Source: Eledone cirrhosa (lineage: Eukaryota). Taken from it: a stretch of DNA of 64,000 nucleotides. A program made the position numbers and the translations under genes. The DNA is taken from contig OZ024742.1 of NCBI GenBank assembly GCA_964016885.1, positions 344,844,001-344,908,000 on the forward strand, written 5' to 3'. Positions 55,031-64,000 of the stretch are shown here, piece after piece (position 1 is the stretch's first letter; the number at the start of each line of letters is the position of its first letter). Under the pieces are notes generated by a model. The model did no database searches and was not told where the DNA came from. It saw only the letters and a program-made list of their open reading frames with translations.

Positions 55031-58000
55031 GGTATAATTGTTAATACTGTTAGTAGACTTCCAGGAAGTTAGGGAACTATGGTATACTTGTTAATAGTGT
55101 TAGTAGACTTCCAGGAAGTTGGGGAACCATGGTATACTTGTTAATACTGTTAGTAGACTTCCAGCAATTTGGAGAACCCTGGTATACTTGTTAATACTGT
55201 TAGTAGACTTCCTGGAAGTTAGGGAACCCTGGTATACTTGTTAATATTGTTAGTAGATTTCCAGGAAGTTAGGGAACCATGGTATACTTGTTAATATTGT
55301 TAGTAGACTTTCAGGAAGCTAGGGAACCCTGGTATACTTGTTAATACTGTTAGTAGATTTTCAGGAAGCTAGGGAACACGGTTAAACTTGTTAATACTGT
55401 TAGTAGACTTCCAGGAAGTTAGGGAACCCTGGTATATTTGTTAATACTGTTAGTAGATTTCCAGGAAGTTAGGGAACCATGGTATACTTGTTAATACTGT
55501 TAGTAGACTTCCAGGAAGTTCGGGAACCCTGGTATACTTCTTAATACTGTTAGTAGATTTCCAGGAAGTTAGGGAACCCTGGTATACTTGTTAATACTGT
55601 TAGTAGAGTTCCAAGAAGTTAGGGAACCCTGGTATACTTGTTAATTCTGTGAGTAGACTTTCAGGAAGGTAGGGAACCATGGTATACTTGTTAATACTGT
55701 TAGTAGACTTCCAGGAAGCTAGGAAACCCTGGTAAACTTGTTAATACTGTTAGTAGATTTCCAGGATGTTAGGGAACCCTGGTATACTTGTTAATACTGT
55801 TAGTAGACTTCCAGGAAGTTAGGGAACTCTGGTATACTTGTTAATACTGTTAGTAGAATTCCAGGAAGTTAGGGAACCCTGGTATACTTGTTAATACTGT
55901 TAGTAGACTTCCAGGAAGCTAGGGAACCCTTGTATACTTTTTAATACTGTTAGTAGACTTCCAGGAAGTTAGGGAACCCTGGTATACTTGTTAATACTGT
56001 TAGTAGATCTCCAGGAAGTTGGGGAGGCCTGGTATACTTGTTAATACTGTTACTAGACTTTCAGGAAGGTAGGGAACCCTGGTATACTTGTTAATACTGT
56101 TACTAGACTTTCAGGAAGGTAGGGAACCCTGGTATACTTGTTAATACTGTTAGTAGACTTTCAGGAAGTTAGGGAGCCCTGGTATACTTGTTAATACTGT
56201 TAGTAGACTTTCAGGAAGGTAGGGAACTATGGTATACTTGTTAATACTGTTAGTAGACTTCCAGGAAGCTGGGGAACCCTGGTATACTGGTTAATAATGT
56301 TAGTAGACTTCCAGGAAGTTAGGGAACCCTGGTATACTTGTTAATACTGTTAGTAGATTTCCAGAAAGTTAGGTAACCATGATATACTTGTTAATATTGT
56401 TAGTAGACTTTCAGAAAGCTAGGGAAACTTGGTATACTTGTTAATACTGTTAGTAGACTTTCAGGAAGCTAGGGAACCCTGGTATACATGTTAATAGTGT
56501 TAGTAGACTTCCAGGAAGGTAGGGAAACCTGGTATACTTGTTAATACTGTTAGTAGATCTCCAGGAAGTTGGGGAGCCCTGGTATACTTGTTAATACTTT
56601 TACTAGACTTTCAGGAAGGTAGGGAACCCTGGTATACTTGTTAATACTGTTAGTAGACTTTCAGGAAGTTAGGGAGCCCTGGTACACTTGTTAATAGTGT
56701 TAGTAGACTTCCAGGAAGGTAGGGAATCTTGGTATACTTGTTAATACTGTTAGTAGATTTCCAGGAAAGTAGGGACCCCTGGTATACTTGTTAATACTGT
56801 TTGTAGAGTTCCAAGAAGTTAGGGTACCCTGGTATACTTGTTAATTCTGTTAGTAGACCTTCAGGAAGGTAGGGAACCATGGTATACTTGTTAATACTGT
56901 TAGTAGACTTCCAGGAAGCTAGGAAACCCTGGTAAACTGGTTAATACTGTTAGTAGACTTTCAGGAAGTTAGGGAGCCCTGGTATACTTGTTAATAGTGT
57001 TAGTAGACTTCCAGGAAGGTAGGGAACCATGGTATACTTGTTAATACTGTTAGTAGACTTCCAGGAAAGTAGGGACCCTGGTATACTTGTTAATACTGTT
57101 TGTAGAGTTCCAAGAAGTTAGGGAACCCTGGTATACTTGTTAATTCTGTTAGTAGACTTTCAGGATGTTAGGGAACCCTGGTATACTTGTTAATACTGTT
57201 AGTAGACTTCCAGGAAGTAAGGGAACCCTGGCATACTTGTTAATAATGTTAGTAGAATTCCAGGAACCTTGGGAACCCTTGTATACTTTTTAATACTGTT
57301 AGTAGACTTCCAGAAAGTTAGGGAACCCTGGTATACATATAAATACTGTTAGTAGATCTCCAGGAAGTTGGGAAGACCTGGTATACTTGTTAATACTGTT
57401 ACTAGACTTTCAGGAAGGTAGGGAACCATGGTATACTTGTTAATACTGTTAGTAGACTTCCAGGAAAGTAGGGACCCTGGTATACTTGTTAATACTGTTT
57501 GTAGAGTTCCAAGAAGTTAGGGAACCCTGGTATACTTGTTAATACTGTTAGTAAACTTTCAGGAAGTTAGGCAGCCCTGGTATACTTGTTAATACTGTTA
57601 GTAGATCTCCAGGAAGTTGGGAAGCCCTGGTATACTTGTTAATACTGTTAGTAGACTTCCAGGAAGTTAGGGAACCCTCGTATACTTGTTAATACTGTTA
57701 GTAGATTTCCAGGAAGCTAGGGAACCCTGGTATACTTGTTAATACTGTTAGTAGACTTCCTGGAAGGTAGGGAACCCTGGTATACTTGTTAATACTTTTA
57801 GTAGACTTCCAGGAAGGTAGGGAACCCTGGTATACTTGTTAATACTGTTAGTAGACTTCCAGGAAGTTAGGGAACCCTGGTATACTTGTTAATACTGTTA
57901 TTAGAATTGCAGGAATCTTGGGAACCCTGGTATACTTGTTAATACTGTTAGTAGATTTCCAGGAAGCTAGGGAACCCTGGTATACTTGTTAATACTGTTA

Positions 58001-61000
58001 GTAGACTTCCAGGAAGCTAGGGAACCATTGTATACTTGTTAATACTGTTAGTAGACTTCCAGGAAGGTAGGGAACCCTGGTATACTTGTTAATACTGTTA
58101 GTAGACTTCCAGGAAGGTAGGGAACCCTGGTATACTTGTTAATACTGTTAGTAGACTTCCAGGAAGTAAGGGAACCCTGGCATACTTGTTAATACTGTTA
58201 ATAGAATTCCAGGAACCTTGGGAACCCTTGTATACTTGTTAATACTGTTAGTAGACTTCCAGGAAGCTGGGGAACCCTGGTATACTTGTTAATACTGTTA
58301 GTAGACTTCCAGGAAAGTAGGGACCCCTGGTATACTTGTTAATACTGTTTGTAGAGTTCCAAGAAGTTAGGGAACCCTGGTATACTTGTTAATTCTGTTA
58401 GTAGACTTTCAGGAAGGTAGGGAACCATGGTATTCTTGTTAATACTGTTAGTAGACTTCCAGGAAGCTAGGAAACCCTGGTAAACTTGTTAATACTGTTA
58501 GTAGATTTCCAGGATGTTAGGGAACCCTGGTATACTTGTTAATTCTGTTAGTAGACTTTCAGGAAGGTAGGGAACCATGGTATACTTGTTAATACTGTTA
58601 GTAGACTTCCAGGAAGCTAGGAAACCCTGGTAAACTGGTTAATACTGTTAGTAGATTTCCAGGATGTTAGGGAACCCTGGTATACTTGTTAATACTGTTA
58701 GTAGACTTCCAGGAAGTAAGGGAACCCTGGCATACTTGTTAATACTGTTAGTAGACTTCCAGGAAGTTAGGGAACCCTGGTATACTTGTTAATACTGTTA
58801 GTAGATTTCCAGGAAGCTAGGGAACCCTTGTATACATTTTAATACTGTTAGTAGACTTCCAGGAAGTTGGTAAGCCCTGGTATACTTGTTAATACTGTTA
58901 CTAGACTTTCAGGAAGGTAGGGAACCCTGGTATACTTGTTAATACTGTTAGTAGACTTTCAGGAAGGTAGGGAACTATGGTATACTTGTTAATACTGTTA
59001 GTAGACTTCCAGGAAGCTGGGGAACCCTGGTATACTTGTTAATACTGTTAGTAGACTTCCAGTAAGTTAGGGATCCCTCGTATACTTGTTAATACTGTTA
59101 GTAGATTTCCAGGAAGCTAGGGAACCCTGGTATACTTGTTAATACTGTTAGTAGACTTCCAGGAAGTTAGGGAACCCTGGTATACTTGTTAATACTGTTA
59201 TTAGAATTCCAGGAATCTTGGGAACCCTGGTATACTTGTTAATACTGTTAGTAGACTTCCAGGAAGGTAGGGAACCCTGGTATACTTGTTAATATTGTTA
59301 GTAGACTTCCAGGAAGGTAGGGAACCCTGGTATACTTGTTAATACTGTTAGTAGACTTTCAGGAGGCTAGGGAAACATGGTATACCTGTTAAACTGTTAG
59401 TAGACTTCCAGGAAGATAGGGAACCCTGGTATACTTGTTAATACTGTTAGTAGACTTCCAGGAAGTTAGGGAACTATGGTATACTTGTTAATAGTGTTAG
59501 TAGACTTCCAGGAAGTTGGGGAACCATGGTATACTTGTTAGTACTGTTAGTAGACTTCCAGGAATTTGGGGAACCCTGGTATACTTGTTAATACTGTTAG
59601 TAGACTTCCAGGAAGCTGGGGAACCCTGGTATACTTGTTAATACTGTTAGTAGACTTCCAGGAAAGTAGGGACCCCTGGTATACTTGTTAATACTGTTTG
59701 TAGAGTTCCAAGAAGTTAGGGAACCCTGGTATACTTGTTAATTCTGTTAGTAGACTTTCAGGATGTTAGGGAACCCTGGTATACGTGTTAATACTGTTAG
59801 TAGACTTCCAGGAAGTAAGGGAACCCTGGCATACTTGTTAATCCTGTTAGTAGAATTCCAGGAACCTTGGGAACACTTGTATACTTTTTAATACTGTTAG
59901 TAGACTTCCAGGAAGTTAGGGAACCCTGGTATACATGTTAATACTGTTAGTAGATCTCCAGGAAGTTGGAAAGCCCTGGTATACTTGTTAATACTGTTAC
60001 TAGACTTTCAGGAAGGTAGGGAACCCTGGTATACTTGTTAATACTGTTAGTCGACTTCCAGGAAGCTGGGGAACCCTGGTATACTTGTTAATACTGTTAG
60101 TAGACTTCCAGGAAAGTAGGGAACCCTGGTATACTTGTTAATACTGTTACTAGACTTTCAGGAAGGTAGGGAACCCTGGTATACTTGTTAATACTGTTAG
60201 TAGACTTTCAGGAAGCTGGGGAACCCTGGTATACTTGTTAATACTGTTAGTAGACTTCCAGGAAAGTAGGGAAACATGGTATACTTGTTAAACTGCTAGT
60301 AGACTTCCAGGAAGATAGGGAACCCTGGTAAACTTGTTAATACTGTTAGTAGACTTCCAGGAAGTTAGGGAACTATGGTATACTTGTTAATAGTGTTAGT
60401 AGACTTCCAGGAAGTTGGGGAACCATGGTATACTTGTTAATACTGTTAGTAGACTTCCAGGAATTTGGGGAACCCTGGTATACTTGTTAATACTGTTAGT
60501 AGATTTCCAGGAAGCTAGGGAAACCTGGTATACTTGTTAATACTGTTAGTAGAATTCCAGGAATCTTGGGAACCCTGGTATACTTGTTAATACTGTTAGT
60601 AGATTTCCAGGAAGCTAGGGAACCCTGGTATACTTCTTAATACTGTTAGTAGACTTCCAGGGAGCGAGGGAACCCTGGTATACTTGTTAATACTGTTAGT
60701 AGACTTCCAGGAAGGTAGGGAACGCTGGTATACTTGTTAATACTGTTAGTAGACTTCCAGGAAGTTAGGGAACCCTGGTATACTTGTTAATACTGTTAGT
60801 AGACTTCCAGGAAGCTGGGGAACCCTGGTATACTTGTTAATACTGTTAGTAGACTTCCAGGAAAGTAGGGACCCCTGGTATTCTTGTTAATACTGTTTGT
60901 AGAGTTCCAAGAAGTTAGGGAACCCTGGTATACTTGTTAATTCTGTTAGTAGACTTTCAGGAAGGTAGGGAACCATTGTATACTTGTTAATACTGTTAGT

Positions 61001-64000
61001 AGACTTCCAGGAAGCTAGGAAACTCTGGTAAACTTGTTAATACTGTTAGTAGATTTCCAGGATGTTAGGGAACCCTGGTATACTTGTTAATACTGTTAGT
61101 AGACTTCCAGGAAGTAAGGGAACCCTGGCATACTTGTTAATACTGTTAGTAGAATTCCAGGAACCTTGGGAACCCTGGTATACTTGTTAATACTGTTAGT
61201 AGATTTCCAGGAAGCTAGGGAACCCTTGTATACTTTTTTATACTTTTAGTAGACTTCCAGGAAGTTAGGGAACCCTGCTATACTTGTTAATACTGTTAGT
61301 AGATCTCCAGGAAGTTGGGGAGCCCTGGTATACATGTTAATACTGTTAGTAGAGTTCCAGGAAGCTGGGGAACCCTGGTATACTTGTTAATACTTTTAGT
61401 AGACTTCCAGGAAAGTAGGGAACCCTGGTATAATTGTTAATACTGTTACTAGACTTTCAGAAATGTAGGGAACCCTGGTATACTTGTTAATACTGTTAGT
61501 AGACTTTCAGGAAGGTAGGGAACTATGGTATACTTGTAAATACTGTTAGTAGACTTCCAGGAAGCTGGGGAACCCTGGTATACTTGTTAATACTGTTAGT
61601 AGACTTCCAGGAAGTTAGGGAACCCTCGTATACTTGTTAATACTGTTAGTAGATTTCCAGAAAATTATGCAACCATGGTATACTTGTTAATATTGTTAGT
61701 AGACTTTCAGGAAGCTAGGGAACCCTGGTATACTTGTTAATACTGTTAGTAGAATTTCAGGAAGCTAGGGAACACTGGTATACTTGTTAATACTGTTAGT
61801 AGACTTCCAGGAAGGTTGGGAACCCTGATATACTTGTTAATACTGTTAGTAGACTTCCAGGAAGTTAGGGAACCCTGGTATACTTGTTCATACTGTTAGT
61901 AGACTTCCAGGAAGTTAGGGAACCCTGGTATACTTGTTAATACTGTTAGTAGACTTCCAGGAATCTAGCGAACCCTGGTTTACTTGCTAATTCTGTTAGT
62001 AGATTTCCAGGAAGTTAGGGAACCATGGTATACTTGTTAATACTCTTAGTAGACTTTCAGGACGCTAGGGAATCATGGTATAATTGTTAAACTGTTAGTA
62101 GACTTCCAGGAAGATAGGGAACCCTGGTATACTTGTTAATACTGTTAGTAGACTTCCAGGAAGTTAGGGAACTATGGTATATATGTTAATAGTGTTAGTA
62201 GACTTCCAGGAAGTTGGGGAAACATGGTATACTTGTTAATACTGTTAGTAGACTTCCAGCAATTTGGGGAACCCTGGTATACTTGTTAATACTGTTAGTA
62301 GACTTCCTGGAAGTTAGGGAACCCTGGTATACTTGTTAATATTGTTAGTAGACTTCCAGAAAGCTAGCGAACCCTGGTATACTTGTTAATACTGTTAGAA
62401 GACTTCCATGAAGTTAGGGAACCCTGGTATACTTGTTAATACTGTTAGTAGATTTCCAGGAAGTTAGGGAACCATGGTATACTTGTTAATATTGTTAGTA
62501 GACTTTCAGGAAGCTAGGGAACCCTGGTATACTTGTTAATACTGTTAGTAGACTTTCAGGAAGCTAGGGAACACGGGTAAACTTGTTAATACTGTTAGTA
62601 GATTTCCAGGAAGTTAGGGAACCCTGGTATACTTGTTAATACTGTTAGTAGAGTTCCAAGAAGTTAGGGAACCCTGATATACTTGTTAATTCTGTTAGTA
62701 GACTTTCAGGAAGGCAGGAAACCATGGTATTCTTGTTAATACTGTTAGTAGACTTCCAGGAAGCTAGGAATCCCTGGTAAACTTGTTAATACTGTTAGTA
62801 GATTTCCAGGAAGTTAGGGAACCCTGGTATACTTGTTAATACTGATAGTAGACTTCCAGGAACCTTCGGAACCCTGGTATACTTGTTAATACTGTTAGTA
62901 GATTTCCAGGAAGCTAGGGAACCCTTGTATACTTGTTAATACTGTTAGTAGATTTCCAGGAAGTTGGGGAGCCCTGGTATACTTGTTAATACTGTTACTA
63001 GACTTTCAGGAAGGTAGGGAACCCTGGTATACTTGTTAATACTGTTAGTAGATTTCCAGGAAGCTAGGGAACCCTGGTATACTTGTTAATACTGTTAGTA
63101 GACTTCCAGGAAGTTAGGGAACCCTGGTATACTTGTTAATACTGTTATTAGAATTCCAGGAATCTTGGGAACCCTGGTATACTTGTTAATACTGTTAGTA
63201 GACTTCCAGGAAGGTAGGGAACCCTGGTATACTTGTTAATACTGTTAGTAGACTTCCAGGAAGGTAGGGAACTATGGTATACTTGTTAATAGTGTTAGTA
63301 GACTTCCAGGAAGTTGGGGAACCATGGTATACTTGTTAGTACTGTTAGTAGACTTCCAGGAATTTGGGGAACCCTGGTATACTTGTTAATACTGTTCGTA
63401 GACTTCCAGGAAGCTAGGGAAACCTGGTATACTTGTTAATACTGTTAGTAGACTTCCAGGAAGTTAGGGAACCCTGGTATACTTGTTAATACTGTTAGTA
63501 GACTTCCAGGAAGCTGGGGAACCCTAGTATACTTGTTAATACTGTTAGTAGACTTCCAGGAAAGTAGGGACCCCTGGTATACTTGTTAATACTGTTTGTA
63601 GAGTTCCAAGAAGTTAGGGAACCCTGGTATACTTGTTAATTCTGTTAGTAGACTTTCAGGATGTTAGGGAACCCTGGTATACGTGTTAATACTGTTAGTA
63701 GACTTCCAGGAAGTAAGGGAACCCTGGCATACTTGTTAATACTGTTAGTAGAATTCCAGGAACCTTGGGAACCCTGGTATACTTGTTAATACTGTTAGTA
63801 GATTTCCAGGAAGCTAGGGAACCCTTGTATATTTTTTATACTTTTAGTAGACTTCCAGGAAGTTAGGGAACCCTGCTATACTTGTTAATACTGTTAGTAG
63901 ATCTCCAGGAAGTTGGGGAGCCCTGGTATACATGTTAATACTGTTAGTAGAGTTCCAGGAAGCTGGGGAACCCTGGTATACTTGTTAATACTTTTAGTAG
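55030..64000. repeat. More heterogeneous patchwork zone of the same satellite with no clean long-range period
   Basis: It has many private variants. Shared runs are short and have inconsistent offsets (59198/63145 = 3947, 59541/63339 = 3798, 61273/63871 = 2598). Confidence 0.75.

Larger units (their letters stand above)
1..64000. repeat. 50-bp tandem satellite DNA array, about 1,280 monomers, single orientation, running off both window edges
   Basis: The monomer start GGGAACCC recurs at 1, 51, 151 ... 20041, 41881, 57121 and 63966. Consensus is GGGAACCCTGGTATACTTGTTAATACTGTTAGTAGACTTCCAGGAAGTTA, and monomers typically differ from it by 0-4 substitutions. No non-repeat sequence was seen. Confidence 0.99.

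Noticed and set aside
1-64000. CRISPR array (regular period, palindromic repeat)
   Set aside because: There are no unique spacers. All 50 positions follow one consensus with only point variants, and no cas genes or leader are present.
1-64000. Repetitive protein-coding ORF on either strand
   Set aside because: The period of 50 is not a multiple of 3, and the consensus has several TAA/TAG triplets on both strands, so every frame is closed within a few dozen codons in the standard code. Under a TAA/TAG-reassigned code, TGA variants and 1-bp indels still break frames, and variation shows no codon pattern.
1-64000. Assignment to a named satellite family (for example the trypanosome 50-bp repeats) or a definite centromere call
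   Set aside because: Only the monomer length is suggestive and I do not recognise the sequence. A BLAST, Dfam or Repbase search of the consensus and CENH3/CENP-A data would be needed.
1-64000. Variant order as an information-encoding or diversity-generating system
   Set aside because: The order is explained by nested duplication, whole-monomer deletion and occasional conversion. No associated enzyme gene, cassette boundary or targeted hypervariable site is visible.
1-64000. Embedded transposon, inversion or unique island
   Set aside because: Reading through the window, every line stays in phase with the monomer in the same orientation. No foreign sequence was seen.

Overview
The whole 64 kb window is one uninterrupted, head-to-tail satellite array of about 1,280 copies of a 50-bp monomer (consensus GGGAACCCTGGTATACTTGTTAATACTGTTAGTAGACTTCCAGGAAGTTA, 40% GC, no CpG; an exact copy is at 1051-1100). 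I found no genes, RNA genes, transposon insertions, inversions or CRISPR spacers. The structure of interest is in the order of monomer variants. Rare variants used as markers show nested higher-order repeats (HORs): a 79/100/71-monomer family (3948/4997/3548 bp), a 54-mer (2699 bp) and a 48-mer (2397 bp). These sit inside a near-identical duplication with an offset of about 34 kb, next to older patchwork zones (about 20.3-24.9 kb and 55-64 kb). The monomer carries several short dyad symmetries. This looks like eukaryotic centromeric, pericentromeric or subtelomeric satellite, but I do not recognise the family and cannot assign species or function. Offsets were counted by hand from marker variants, and block edges are approximate to about one monomer.
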